This document shows positions 38,618-49,322 of a stretch of DNA of 64,000 nucleotides, piece by piece. The translations under genes were made by a program, and so were the position numbers. Each line of letters opens with the position of its first letter. Position 1 is the first letter of the stretch. This stretch comes from a phage. The DNA lies in assembly GCA_012401045.1 (NCBI GenBank), contig GCA_012401045.1_4704.2; one strand, written 5' to 3'. The notes below the pieces were generated by a model. It saw only the letters and a list, made by a program, of their open reading frames with translations, ran no database searches and was not told where the DNA came from.

Positions 38618-41611
38618 ATGAGCGTAACCAACAAAGATCTTGCTGAACAGCTCAATCGCTATATGCTTTCACCTATTGAAATGCAGGCTGTTGCAAGCGA
38701 TATGATCCGTTTGGCTTCTGATGGTGAATTAACCCTGGTTGACCCCAGCTGTCCGTTTGTTTATCTGCTGGAGGTTGCAACGGCGACGGCTGCGAACCAG
38801 AACGCACGAGATGAGTCCCGTGTTCGCGAACTGTATCCAAAACTTGCAACCAACTGGAGCCAGCTCTATCGTTGGATGTACGACGAGTCGTACGTCGGAC
38901 GTTTCGCAATGCCGGGTAAAACGGAAATCATTTATTCGTTAGGGTATCAGGAAATCCTCGATCGTGCGGTAGAAATTCCAAACAATGCCACCTCCGATGA
39001 TTTAAGCCGTTCTTACAGCCGTAAGTTAGTGATACCACGTACGACGGCGTTTACGGTAGCCGGAATGGATTTCGGGTTGCATTATCCCATCGAAATCCAA
39101 GTGCAAGCGCACGACCAGATCCGCGTCGTTTATAACACCGATAACATCAGCCCATTGCAAACCTTGGAGAGTAACCAAGTTGAGTATGGGGTTGTTCGTG
39201 TAAAAGCGGGTAAAGTGTTGGTGATGCGTATCCCGCTGTTCCAGTTTAAAACACTGGTAAAAGATGTGCCGTTTAACAGCGTTCACGGAATGAACAGCAG
39301 TATTACCTTCGAAGATCAGTTTTACCATTGTCGTGCGTACATGTCGTCGGATAACGATACCTGGACGGAGATAGCGACAACGCACAGTCAACAGATCTAC
39401 GATCCGTTAACACCAACCATCGCGTTACAAGTAGAAGGGAACAAACTTAACTGGCGTGTTCCTGAAATTTATTTGTCTCAAGGTACGATGGATAAAAGCA
39501 CCATTCGACTTGAGGTGTTGACGACGAAAGGGAAAATCAGCGTCGACCCGTCTGATTACGATGTGACCGACTGGAAAGATAACTACATCGATTTGTCGCC
39601 AAAAGCTGAACAGAAATACAGTGCACCGCTAAGTGCATTCAACATTAAAGGGATTTATAGCGAAGGGGCATTGTCGGGTGGGCGATCCGCGTTAACGTTC
39701 GAGGAACAACGTGAACGTGTTATGGCGGGTGTGAACAAAACCAAGGTGCCGATCACAGGAACGCAGGTAGAGCTGGTGCTTCAAGATGCGGGTTACGGGA
39801 TGGTGACCACCATCGACAACGTAACCAATCGTTCGTTCCTGGCAACCCGAGATTTACCGCAATTGAGCGACAGCGTACCGCAAGCCGGTTCGTTGATGGG
39901 GTCTTTCTATACTTCAGCCGCAGCATTGGTGAAAAGTAAGTTTGTCGCCGATAACGGCGATCGTATTACGATTAAACCCGATTGCTTGTATCGTGACAGT
40001 AACGGAAGTATCGCGCTGTTGTCAGACGATGAAATTGACCGTATTAATGCAGGCAACTCTGATGCAAAGTTGAACGCGGTAAACAACGCCATGTTGTTTT
40101 ACAGTCCGTTTCATTACGTATTAGACGCGACAAGCGATTTCGATATCCATGCTTATTACCTGGACGCCCCTAAGATCGGCACACAAGCATTCCTCGACGC
40201 GAACGAGACAATCCCGTTAACCGCTATGGTGACCGGATACCGTCTGGATCGTATCGCTGAAGGATATCGTCTAAGCCTCATTGTAGAAGGTAACGACGCA
40301 TGGAAGGCGCTCGACGATAAAAACGTGCATATCCAGCTGGGATTCAATCCGCGGGGTGAGGGTGATTATGCGACGATGTTGGCGTCACCGACAACCGATG
40401 AACAAGGTCGTCGTTTGTTCACCTTCGATATCACCACGAATTATGATTTTACACGAATCCTGGCTGATGATTCCACGGCGTATGAACCGTATATCGCATT
40501 GACCTCTTTCTCGATGTATGAATCAACACCGCGGGATTATTGGGCATCACTGCAGCAGTATTTGGAAATCTTCCATGTGGTGACGGATTACGCGCCGGAA
40601 GATGTCGACGGTATCTTACACAGTGCTTCCGATAATTACCTGGTTAAGAAACTCACGCTTCAAAATGGGTATTGTTTCTACCGTGAACGTCTCACCGCAA
40701 CCTTTGGTTATGATCTGGATGGCCTTTGGATGCGCTCACGTACGGTGGCCTCGGAGATTACGTATAAACGTTACACCGAGAACATTCCGTGGGTGTATGA
40801 TGAAGATATCCCAGCGACGGATGAGACCGGCTCGGTTATCATTGAACAAGGTGACGATGGTACGCTGTCGGTTAAATACCTGCATCGTAAAGGTGACCCG
40901 AAATTAAACAGTGATGGAAGCCAAGCCTATCGTTATCTGAAAGGCGACATCATGAAAGATAATTACGGTAATCCGATCCCTGTCGATGAACGTGAGGTTC
41001 TGCGTAACCTGGACATGTTCTTTATTGATGCGTCGTATCTGTTAGCGAACGATACAGACGTGATTGAGTATCGTAATGCGATTCCTACGCAGCTTATCGA
41101 ATGGATCCAGAACGATATCGACACGTTCAGGAATTTCTGTTATGAAGAAACAGAGATTTCATTGTATCCTAAGCAATCGCTGGGGTATGTGGATGTTATT
41201 GTGGAAAACGGATTGGAAACAACGCTTCCTGCTGCCCTCTCGTTCAACGTGACACTGTACTTACCGGCTAAGCAATACGCTGACCTGGATTTACGTCAAG
41301 TCCTTCAAGCGATGGTATCGAAAGTCATCAATGAATGCTTGACATCCCGTACAGTAGCTAAAGCAGAAATGATCGCGATGATTCGTGAGGAGGGCGGTGA
41401 CGACATCCTTAACGTTGAAATCGATGATTTTGGACCAGGTAAGAACCTCAGTGTTTATACCGCGAAGAACGACGGTGTTCGCTGCGCGGTGAAGAAAGAG
41501 CTTTATGTGAAAGCGGATGGTATCTTGTCCGTACGTGAAGCGATCGATGTGAGTTTTGTGAAACACGCACAAAGCAACAGTTCAGCGCTAGCGCAAGGCC
41601 TTCGTGTCTAA
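38618..41611 (+). CDS. hypothetical large protein (997 aa), probable virion component
   Basis: ORF track; GAGGGA RBS; 3 nt after upstream gene. Confidence 0.9.
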   Translation: MSVTNKDLAEQLNRYMLSPIEMQAVASDMIRLASDGELTLVDPSCPFVYLLEVATATAANQNARDESRVRELYPKLATNWSQLYRWMYDESYVGRFAMPGKTEIIYSLGYQEILDRAVEIPNNATSDDLSRSYSRKLVIPRTTAFTVAGMDFGLHYPIEIQVQAHDQIRVVYNTDNISPLQTLESNQVEYGVVRVKAGKVLVMRIPLFQFKTLVKDVPFNSVHGMNSSITFEDQFYHCRAYMSSDNDTWTEIATTHSQQIYDPLTPTIALQVEGNKLNWRVPEIYLSQGTMDKSTIRLEVLTTKGKISVDPSDYDVTDWKDNYIDLSPKAEQKYSAPLSAFNIKGIYSEGALSGGRSALTFEEQRERVMAGVNKTKVPITGTQVELVLQDAGYGMVTTIDNVTNRSFLATRDLPQLSDSVPQAGSLMGSFYTSAAALVKSKFVADNGDRITIKPDCLYRDSNGSIALLSDDEIDRINAGNSDAKLNAVNNAMLFYSPFHYVLDATSDFDIHAYYLDAPKIGTQAFLDANETIPLTAMVTGYRLDRIAEGYRLSLIVEGNDAWKALDDKNVHIQLGFNPRGEGDYATMLASPTTDEQGRRLFTFDITTNYDFTRILADDSTAYEPYIALTSFSMYESTPRDYWASLQQYLEIFHVVTDYAPEDVDGILHSASDNYLVKKLTLQNGYCFYRERLTATFGYDLDGLWMRSRTVASEITYKRYTENIPWVYDEDIPATDETGSVIIEQGDDGTLSVKYLHRKGDPKLNSDGSQAYRYLKGDIMKDNYGNPIPVDEREVLRNLDMFFIDASYLLANDTDVIEYRNAIPTQLIEWIQNDIDTFRNFCYEETEISLYPKQSLGYVDVIVENGLETTLPAALSFNVTLYLPAKQYADLDLRQVLQAMVSKVINECLTSRTVAKAEMIAMIREEGGDDILNVEIDDFGPGKNLSVYTAKNDGVRCAVKKELYVKADGILSVREAIDVSFVKHAQSNSSALAQGLRV

Positions 41612-41627
41612 AACAAAATAGCATGAG

Positions 41628-41670
41628 CATAACCCTCCTCCAACCCAACAGGGAAGGAGGAGGGAATATG
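41628..41670 (-). terminator. GC-rich extended stem-loop, family member g
   Basis: CATAA-CCCTCCTCC-AA-CCC-AACA-GGG-AA-GGAGGAGGG-AATATG between convergent genes. Confidence 0.5.
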
Positions 41671-41673
41671 CTG

Positions 41674-44466
41674 TTATCTTACGTTATTGCTGTTCTGCTG
41701 TTCGCTGAACCAACTGTACACCTTGAGATCGGTACCGTATTTCAATGCGATATACGCATTCAGCGCAGCACAGAACAAAGACGCGAATGCCCATATCAGC
41801 GAAGGATCAACATCTTCCGTTACCACCTGGAGAGTATTATCCGGTTCCCATGATGGAGAACTGTCCATGAACGTCGTGTACCATTCCCGCCGTTGTTCTT
41901 CGGTGGTAAAGTCGCTATGAGGTTCCAACGCTTCTTTTGCCAGACGTCGATATTCGAACATATGCGTTGCTAAAGCCGACGAGTTACCAGATTCGCCTTC
42001 ATAGTTCGGATCCACCGCATAACAGAGTTCTGTTGAATCCAACAAAGCAATCGCTTGTGTGATGCTGTCGGCAGTGCCTGCACCATAAAGCTCGATAGAC
42101 CGCGAAAGCTTTTCACAGAACGCATTTAACGCGGAAGGATTGGACACCTGAAGGTCAAGGCCTAATGTCCACGGATAGTTACTGAATACGCCCGTAAACC
42201 GCGGCATAACACCCAACAGATGTTGTCCGATTACAGCACGGTTATAAACAGCCCGGTTATAGACTTGAAACGCAGCCTCCAAAGCTTGGTTATAATGACG
42301 ACGAAGTTCGTCACGCGAGTTGCGGAATCTGTTTGCCGCAAGACTTGTGGCTGCGACGCTACAAACATCGTAATTGGTGGACGAGAGCACAGTTTCGTTA
42401 AGATCGAACGATTCCTGTTTCAACGATCCGCTAACCGCTGCTGCTTCGCTGTTTGCTTTATCGACAACAGTACTCAAAGCGTTGATGTAACGTTTAGCTC
42501 GGACTTCCAGCCATTGTGCGATACCGAGAATATCCACCGCGGCTTTAGCAAGATCGCGTGCATTCACGATTTCGTTCTTCAACGCCCCTAAACCTTTATT
42601 TTCAGGCAATGAGGCTTGTTGACGAATCATGCTGTTCAACATGGTAAGCAGATTATCCAACTCATGTCCACTGACCTTGTTACGTGCATCGGTAATAGGA
42701 CCTTGCAGGAATTTACGGCAACCATCGTTGTATCGAATCAGTTTATCCACATCGATAGATTCGTTCGTGGATTCCTTGAACTGATTCTTCAATTCTTCAC
42801 GGTAGTCATGGATTTCACTTGCGAGATTATCGATAGTGATACCATCATATCCAAGAAGAACTTTATTGAAGTTACCTTTCTCGAATGCAAGAGCAAGACC
42901 TTCACGAATCTTAGCGAGTTTGTCCTGATCAAGTTCACGACCGTTCGATAGCTCTTTCACTTCCGAGCTGATTAATGCCGAAACGTTACCCAGATTGTCG
43001 GTAACTCCTTTGAACGCTCCCGACCAGATCGTTCCTGCTTCAGCGTATTTCGCAATGGTCTGAATACCGACGGTATGCAACGACGCTAAACGTTTCTTCG
43101 TGCCTTCGGTAAGCAGTGCGTCTTTAGCTCGCGTAAGTTGACTGTTATTAGCTTCCGCTTGCTGGATTGCTGCTTTCGCACTTCCATTACGCCAGCTCTT
43201 AACTAACCAATCAACCAAACGTTTTAGGATGTTGACGGTGTATTCCATTGTCCGCCGTAACGTTTCCCACGCGCTTTCTGCGGTATAAATGCCGTACCCT
43301 TCCATCTTCGTTGGGTCAAAGAAACCTTCCTGCACGAGATCAGTACGTGTGTAGCCATCAGCAGCTTCTACTTCCGCCTGGGTTTTATCCCAGAAGTCGT
43401 CGCTCTTTGCAGCAATCGCTGTATCTTTAACGTCCAGGATGATCTGACCAACCGTTTGTGCAAACAGCAAGGCCGCACGTACCGATTGTGCGAACATCCG
43501 CTGATATTTGATTCGAACGCATTGCATCTGGGTTAGCAGATTCAGTTGTGCGATCCCATCCAAGGTGCTATCCTGAGCAAGCCCTTCGGCTTTAGTGATA
43601 ACCTGTTTTACACGTTCAGCGACATCACCGTACTGCTGGCAAACATCTCGCAGAATACGTGCCGCGAAGACCCCGGTACCGATATAGTTCAATAGGTCTT
43701 TTAACGACCATTCGGTCGGACAATCGGTCGGCGCAATAGGGAGTAAGCAACCATCACCGTCCATGAATCTCTCTAATGCGCTAATATCCTGATTTTCTAC
43801 GCTCATGGGGATATCGACATCAGCCGCTTGCAGATCCAGCATCTGTTGTAGGATGTTGGTATCGGCTTGTACAAGCGTCACAAGCGCTTGGCTGTGTGCG
43901 ATTATTGGTAACGCAGGTGACCATACTGCAGCAAGCTTGTCGGCGTGACGTTGAATGGCATACCCCATATCCTCGATCACATCGGGATGCTCGATAACCC
44001 CCTGAAGCGTTTGATGTAGCTCACCGAGTTGCTGAGACAGATCGACCATCATGGTGTTGAAGGTTTCACCATCCTCTTTGTGGTTGTCCAGACGCTCGAG
44101 TTCATGTCGAAGCAATGTAACGAGCTGTCCGTTGCCTTCTTGCTTCAGCTTGCTTTCCATTAACGTAATGGCTTTATCGACGATCTGACACGCTTCACGA
44201 AAACCGGTTGTGGAAGGAAGCTCTGTCCATAACGCCAACGGTTTACCGTCAAGGGCTTCCGGCATCGATAAAGAAAGCATAGACAGTTGTTGACGTGATA
44301 CTTGCTGTTCACGGTGTAATGTTTCTTTTAACGCCAGGAGATCGTCAAGAAACGCGCCGTTAAGGGTGGTCGTACGCGGTGTTGAATTAATACCGTCAGT
44401 TAACGATTCAAGCACCAGGAGACCGTTATCAGCTGAAGAGAGTCCCGCGGCAAGATATTTGTTCAT
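41674..44466 (-). CDS. large virion-type protein (~930 aa); family-like EGF helix motif
   Basis: ORF track; start moved to ATG (MNKYLAAG) after GGAG; motif DLVQEGFFD...WETLRRTMEYTVNILKRLVDWL. Confidence 0.9.
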   Translation of the reverse strand: MNKYLAAGLSSADNGLLVLESLTDGINSTPRTTTLNGAFLDDLLALKETLHREQQVSRQQLSMLSLSMPEALDGKPLALWTELPSTTGFREACQIVDKAITLMESKLKQEGNGQLVTLLRHELERLDNHKEDGETFNTMMVDLSQQLGELHQTLQGVIEHPDVIEDMGYAIQRHADKLAAVWSPALPIIAHSQALVTLVQADTNILQQMLDLQAADVDIPMSVENQDISALERFMDGDGCLLPIAPTDCPTEWSLKDLLNYIGTGVFAARILRDVCQQYGDVAERVKQVITKAEGLAQDSTLDGIAQLNLLTQMQCVRIKYQRMFAQSVRAALLFAQTVGQIILDVKDTAIAAKSDDFWDKTQAEVEAADGYTRTDLVQEGFFDPTKMEGYGIYTAESAWETLRRTMEYTVNILKRLVDWLVKSWRNGSAKAAIQQAEANNSQLTRAKDALLTEGTKKRLASLHTVGIQTIAKYAEAGTIWSGAFKGVTDNLGNVSALISSEVKELSNGRELDQDKLAKIREGLALAFEKGNFNKVLLGYDGITIDNLASEIHDYREELKNQFKESTNESIDVDKLIRYNDGCRKFLQGPITDARNKVSGHELDNLLTMLNSMIRQQASLPENKGLGALKNEIVNARDLAKAAVDILGIAQWLEVRAKRYINALSTVVDKANSEAAAVSGSLKQESFDLNETVLSSTNYDVCSVAATSLAANRFRNSRDELRRHYNQALEAAFQVYNRAVYNRAVIGQHLLGVMPRFTGVFSNYPWTLGLDLQVSNPSALNAFCEKLSRSIELYGAGTADSITQAIALLDSTELCYAVDPNYEGESGNSSALATHMFEYRRLAKEALEPHSDFTTEEQRREWYTTFMDSSPSWEPDNTLQVVTEDVDPSLIWAFASLFCAALNAYIALKYGTDLKVYSWFSEQQNSNNVR

Positions 44467-44481
44467 AAAACACTCCGTTGG

Positions 44482-44512
44482 CCTAGGGGAAGGCTGAAAA
44501 CCTTCCCCTAGG
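44482..44512 (-). terminator. perfect 12-bp inverted repeat hairpin (CCTAGGGGAAGG-CTGAAAA-CCTTCCCCTAGG), separate class
   Basis: Between stop of 44526-47321 and start of 41674-44466, about 15 nt upstream of the start codon. Confidence 0.45.
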
Positions 44513-44525
44513 GTTATAAACACAA

Positions 44526-47321
44526 TTAAGCTAATTTACCGAAACCGGCTTTCTGCAGTTTCTCGTTGATGATTTTCGCTTCAGCGAAGACGTAATCACG
44601 ATACGCAGTGACTAATCCGTCCACCCGTGAACGCAAGGCTTCTTCGAAGCTATACCACGCAGCGATTTCACGAATCTGTGCGTTGATATAATCAACGGTT
44701 GAGCGAAGCTCGGTTGCGTTTTCTTGCGGAATGGCTTTCACCTGGCGAGCAACGTCATTTAAACGACGGAACTGTGTTTCGATTTCTTTAAACTTACTGT
44801 CGGCAAGTTTGCTGAATTCGTCACCAGAACGGGTAAATAACAGATAGCTGTTGCCGTCAAGTGCGGTCGCTAACTGCTGAAGTACGTTGGTGTCCGGATA
44901 CACAGGAGTACCGCTTTGCAGTACTTTCTCACCGAATTCCGCGAAGTCCTTCGGTGGTAAGTGTGCAGACGTTGTCAATTCGTTGAAACGGAAAGTCAGC
45001 GAATTATCATACAGCATCCGGTACGCTTCCATACCCTGTTTCATGGTACCGGCCAGGTTAGCCAGACGCGGAGCAATCTCGCCTTCTTTAGCGCGTTTCT
45101 GGTCTTCTAACGCCCCTTCGAGTTCTTTACACTGGTCGTTCAGATACACGATACGATCAGGACGTAGACGACGCATCTCACGAAGAATAGTATCCAGCTT
45201 ACCTTCCTGGAAATAACCCAACGTTAAAGACGTACACGCTTGCTGAAGACGATCGAACACCGGTAAGGTTACCATCTCCTTACGGATACCATCAACAATC
45301 GCAGAAACAGCCGAAAGTTTCTGTTCTGTAGTCAATGGAACATCAGAGGCCGACTTGCTGGGTGCACCAACAACGTTACGCATTGCGTCGGTATCCTCGG
45401 TTTTATCAACCTCTTTACGAACATGCTCATCAGGAACATAAACGTTCGCGTTACGTTTCGCCTGCTTGATGGCGTCGTTGGCCGCTTTTTCGGTGGCTGC
45501 TACGCTATCAGCACGTTTCTTCAAGAGTTCAATAATCCAGAGCAACAGACGACGAATCGCAGTATAGGCCGTCGTGATGATGACACCGATAACAGCCATC
45601 TTCATGATACCGAACGATTCCATGGTCGGCTCTAACGCTTGGTCTGGCATATACCGTTCACGCAGCTCCAGATAGATCTGCTCATCTGGTTTGCTGACCT
45701 CACCACGATGCGAAGTACGATAGATGGCTTCGTCAATCTCAACAAGATCTTTGCGGGCCTGGCGATCGGATTCTGTTAAGTAAGCACAACCGGATACGTC
45801 GTCTTCGAAGCTTAAGAATTTGAAAAAGTCACTGACGTCGATCTTGATCTTCTTCGCTTCATTATCGACATCGATAACATCTTTTTTCTGTGCCTGATAT
45901 TCCGCTTTGATGTCGTTCACCGGCTTCAACGCACGTTCTTTTAATGCCTGCACGATCTGTTTCCAGTCGGCGTCACGCTCAAGAACAAGGAAGTAATTCT
46001 TGAGTTCAAAAGCACGGTAACGCGCAACGAGTTGTTCTACCTGAATATGAGCGAGTTGCACATCCATCAGCCAACGCGACATTGCTGAGATCAAACGGCT
46101 ATAAGCAAGCAATGTCTGATATGTTAGCTTCATGTGCTTTTCGTACAGCTCAATATCGCCGTCTTGAATATCAGCCGTTGGGTTCATTTCCTTCGTTGCT
46201 TTGAAGATCTGTTCGGCCTCATTTAACGTTTGTTCGAATTTGACTTCATTAAACGTGTCAAACGGTTCAGCCAACTCCATCATTCGATCGTGAAGCTCAC
46301 GAACCCAGGCTTCCTTATTGTTGCGAATAGCTGCGTCATCGTGAAGTTCAGTTTGATGTTTCTGTACCCATTCTTCGACGATATCAGCGGCGGCAACAAT
46401 TCCTGTACCATCGGAAACTAACGGAACAACTCCAGCAAGTACGCCTACACACGCCGGGGTTTTCCAATAATCGTTCAAAGCGTTTCTGAATTCAACGATG
46501 GATTGTACGTTTGGTACCGTATCCAAAAACGTACTGCCGTTACGGCTCATTGTCGTTACGATATCAGCGAATTCCTTCTGCTTAGCGGTAACAAAAGGAA
46601 CCAGGACCATAAGCCATTCAGCAACCGACTTCGCTTTCTCTTTCAGATTTTTGTCAGCGATTTCCTTAAGGTTTATCGCACCACCGTAACCTGCAAGCTC
46701 TTTATATACGTCGCTAAGGGTCATCTGTTTATCCAACATTTCTTTGAAACGTGGGTAATCAGCACCTAACGCATCGACAATATCGTTGATTACGTCATCA
46801 GTTGTTGCGATAAACTTCTTCGTATCAACGTTTGAATATTTCCAGACGTATCGTACTGCTTTCTTGATTCCTGCAAAGATAAACGCCCAGATACGCTTGA
46901 TGAGTTCCCAGACTTTCTTCGCGCCATCGACAAACAGTTTAGAGACCTTGGCAACGAATCCTTCCTGCACCAATTCAACGCCGTTACGTGATGGGATTTC
47001 CGTGAAGAAAGCATCCGGCAGTTGTTTCGGGAATGCGTCACCAAGACGCATACGCAGTTCCGGTACATCAGCACGAGAAATACCGCGTGTTACTAATTGT
47101 TCGTGAAGACGAACGTTTTCTTCACCAGAGGTCACGAATTCGTCAACATCGAAGGAGACCATTGTTTCCTGATCTTCGGTGGTAACGACGCTTGAACCAT
47201 CACTGGTTTGGATGTCTTCGTCAGGGAATGCCATGAGCATACCGTGACGCATTTCAACCACCCCGTAATCGGTTGCTAAACCGAATTCGTTGTGGTCTGG
47301 GGTAATAACTGGGATACTCAT
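44526..47321 (-). CDS. large virion-type protein (931 aa); N-terminal region homologous to paralog family
   Basis: ORF track; AAGGAG RBS; motif ELVQEGFVAKVSKLFVDGAKKVWELIKRIWAFIF. Confidence 0.9.
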   Translation of the reverse strand: MSIPVITPDHNEFGLATDYGVVEMRHGMLMAFPDEDIQTSDGSSVVTTEDQETMVSFDVDEFVTSGEENVRLHEQLVTRGISRADVPELRMRLGDAFPKQLPDAFFTEIPSRNGVELVQEGFVAKVSKLFVDGAKKVWELIKRIWAFIFAGIKKAVRYVWKYSNVDTKKFIATTDDVINDIVDALGADYPRFKEMLDKQMTLSDVYKELAGYGGAINLKEIADKNLKEKAKSVAEWLMVLVPFVTAKQKEFADIVTTMSRNGSTFLDTVPNVQSIVEFRNALNDYWKTPACVGVLAGVVPLVSDGTGIVAAADIVEEWVQKHQTELHDDAAIRNNKEAWVRELHDRMMELAEPFDTFNEVKFEQTLNEAEQIFKATKEMNPTADIQDGDIELYEKHMKLTYQTLLAYSRLISAMSRWLMDVQLAHIQVEQLVARYRAFELKNYFLVLERDADWKQIVQALKERALKPVNDIKAEYQAQKKDVIDVDNEAKKIKIDVSDFFKFLSFEDDVSGCAYLTESDRQARKDLVEIDEAIYRTSHRGEVSKPDEQIYLELRERYMPDQALEPTMESFGIMKMAVIGVIITTAYTAIRRLLLWIIELLKKRADSVAATEKAANDAIKQAKRNANVYVPDEHVRKEVDKTEDTDAMRNVVGAPSKSASDVPLTTEQKLSAVSAIVDGIRKEMVTLPVFDRLQQACTSLTLGYFQEGKLDTILREMRRLRPDRIVYLNDQCKELEGALEDQKRAKEGEIAPRLANLAGTMKQGMEAYRMLYDNSLTFRFNELTTSAHLPPKDFAEFGEKVLQSGTPVYPDTNVLQQLATALDGNSYLLFTRSGDEFSKLADSKFKEIETQFRRLNDVARQVKAIPQENATELRSTVDYINAQIREIAAWYSFEEALRSRVDGLVTAYRDYVFAEAKIINEKLQKAGFGKLA

Positions 47322-47758
47322 GCATTCTCTCCTTGCAGTGCGTTAGCGAAAGCCGTTGCGAGTTGCGCAACCAGCTTAGGATCAACACCTTCGATAACGT
47401 CGGGCAGCCCTGCGGTTTCTTGGTCACGAACGGCGGAGGCTAATAACAGCATGGTTTCAGGTGCGGTCGGCTCATGCACCATGCGGTAACGCAGGCACCA
47501 GAAGTAGCGGGCAACGTCTAACGCATCGGCCAGCCCAATAACCAGTACCTTGTTCAGCTTATCCAGCCCTTCACGGATTTTAGGGAGATGTTCGCGAACG
47601 AAAATGCTATCTGCGGTCAGATCTTCTTTTTCAGCGAATACGGGCATGCTGTAACCAGCGATATAACCTGCGGCAATACTTAGCGCACGGGTCTGTTGTT
47701 CGGCTGGGAAATCACGTACCAGGTCTTTCAGCTGAACGGCGAAATCAGAAATATTCAT
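47318..47758 (-). CDS. hypothetical protein (146 aa)
   Basis: ORF track; AAAGGAA RBS. Confidence 0.75.
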   Translation of the reverse strand: MNISDFAVQLKDLVRDFPAEQQTRALSIAAGYIAGYSMPVFAEKEDLTADSIFVREHLPKIREGLDKLNKVLVIGLADALDVARYFWCLRYRMVHEPTAPETMLLLASAVRDQETAGLPDVIEGVDPKLVAQLATAFANALQGENA

Positions 47759-47790
47759 GTTAAATTCCTTTATAGTAAAAATAGAAGAGA

Positions 47791-49101
47791 TTAGGCGATA
47801 ATGGAGTCAAGAGTCGCTGCGGTTTTGAACAGATCGTTGTTCATTGTAGAAGAAAGGACTTGCTGAATTTCTTCCTGTTTAACCGCTTTACGAACCCCAG
47901 GACGAAGGATAAGCGTAACCATCTGTGAAAAGGTACGATTATTGTTCATCGCACTCAGCGTTTCATCGATTGTTTTGATGGCATCCAGCGTCATGGAACG
48001 AACATCGCTTGGGATATCACGATCTTTCAAGCGTATAATTAAATCTTGTTTGATTTTACGGAATCGTTCCATGTCGTTATCGTAAATGCTGTATGTCGGA
48101 TCTAACCAAACAGAAAGCGCGGTTACAGCGACAACAACCAACACGCCGATAGCACCAACAGAAGCTAAACCTATCGCCATCATAGAAGCTATAGTAGCAT
48201 CCATGATGAAGGAGAGCCAGAACATCGTTTTGGACTTCACGGAGTCTTTGCTATAAAGCCGATACATTTTAGCAAGCCCGCTAACGAGATACTCCCCACC
48301 GCCATGACGCGTAGCGAACTGATCAGCCATGAATTCGGAAGCAACGTCGGTATATCGTCCAGCGTTGTTTACGTTTCTTAACTGCATCGCTCTGTTAGAC
48401 ACGTAAACCGTGTACCAGACACTACCGTCGTCTGAATCACTGATTTTGTCTACGTCGACGTTGGTATCCAACGTTTTGTTTAACGCTTTCGCCAGTTCGA
48501 TACGTTTTACCTTATCGGTTGTCCCCAACAGTTCACGCTGTACGGTCATGATTGAGGCTTCGACACGAACCGTTTCCGACAATGTTTCAAGGAAGGTAAA
48601 TGCGTGCCCGATTTCATGCAGCATTATGGCTGCTTTTTCTTCCGGAAGAAAGGGTTCTGTCGCCGTTAGCAGTTCATACGTGATGGCAGAACGAATCTTC
48701 AATTCTTCAAAAATACCGTAAACACGACCTTTTTCTAAATCGACGTAACCGACAGGTGTATCTTTAATCTTCTTAAGGAGCGTAACACCATCAGCACCGC
48801 GCATCCATAACCGATGATAGTCTGCCAGGATTGTGTTGTTTGTCGAAATATCCGGCGGGTACACGTAGGCATTCATCCGGCCCATTTTCACGTCGACCGA
48901 GAATTCGATGTTCAACCCCGTATAGCGTTTAACCATCTCGGTTAAACGACCGTCCTTGAAAACGTTTAAAACCTCTTTTTTATCCAGTCCCTGTTTGCTT
49001 CTGAAGAACTCGGTCATTTCCTTGAACAAGGAACCATCTTGAAACTTGATGGCCTCCATCGTTAATTCGTCATGACCATACACGCGTTGTAGTAATGACA
49101 T
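47791..49101 (-). CDS. putative membrane-anchored zinc metalloprotease (HExxH)
   Basis: ORF track; motif MLHEIGHAF; hydrophobic stretch FWLSFIMDATIASMMAIGLASVGAIGVLVVVAVTALSVWL. Confidence 0.6.
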   Translation of the reverse strand: MSLLQRVYGHDELTMEAIKFQDGSLFKEMTEFFRSKQGLDKKEVLNVFKDGRLTEMVKRYTGLNIEFSVDVKMGRMNAYVYPPDISTNNTILADYHRLWMRGADGVTLLKKIKDTPVGYVDLEKGRVYGIFEELKIRSAITYELLTATEPFLPEEKAAIMLHEIGHAFTFLETLSETVRVEASIMTVQRELLGTTDKVKRIELAKALNKTLDTNVDVDKISDSDDGSVWYTVYVSNRAMQLRNVNNAGRYTDVASEFMADQFATRHGGGEYLVSGLAKMYRLYSKDSVKSKTMFWLSFIMDATIASMMAIGLASVGAIGVLVVVAVTALSVWLDPTYSIYDNDMERFRKIKQDLIIRLKDRDIPSDVRSMTLDAIKTIDETLSAMNNNRTFSQMVTLILRPGVRKAVKQEEIQQVLSSTMNNDLFKTAATLDSIIA

Positions 49102-49322
49102 TGTACACTCTCTAAATTTACGTAAATTTAAGGGCTAATGGATCGGCTGGCCGCACCAATCACAATGTGTCCGCTGCTATGCAACGGCATTCATAGAAAT
49201 ACCTTTTGACGGTAACATCACCGTTCATACCCCAAGCAATAAGAGTGGTCGGTTAAAAACAACAGAACGTGGGGATGATATAGAAAATCACCTTTTAACA
49301 CTTATTACGAGTTTATCAAGCC

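Noticed and set aside
49102-49322. tRNA or sigma70 promoter in the largest intergenic gap (also considered for 11035-11365)
   Set aside because: No cloverleaf-compatible sequence or T-loop (GTTCRANYC) pattern; TTGACG near 49207 lacks a convincing -10 hexamer at 16-18 bp
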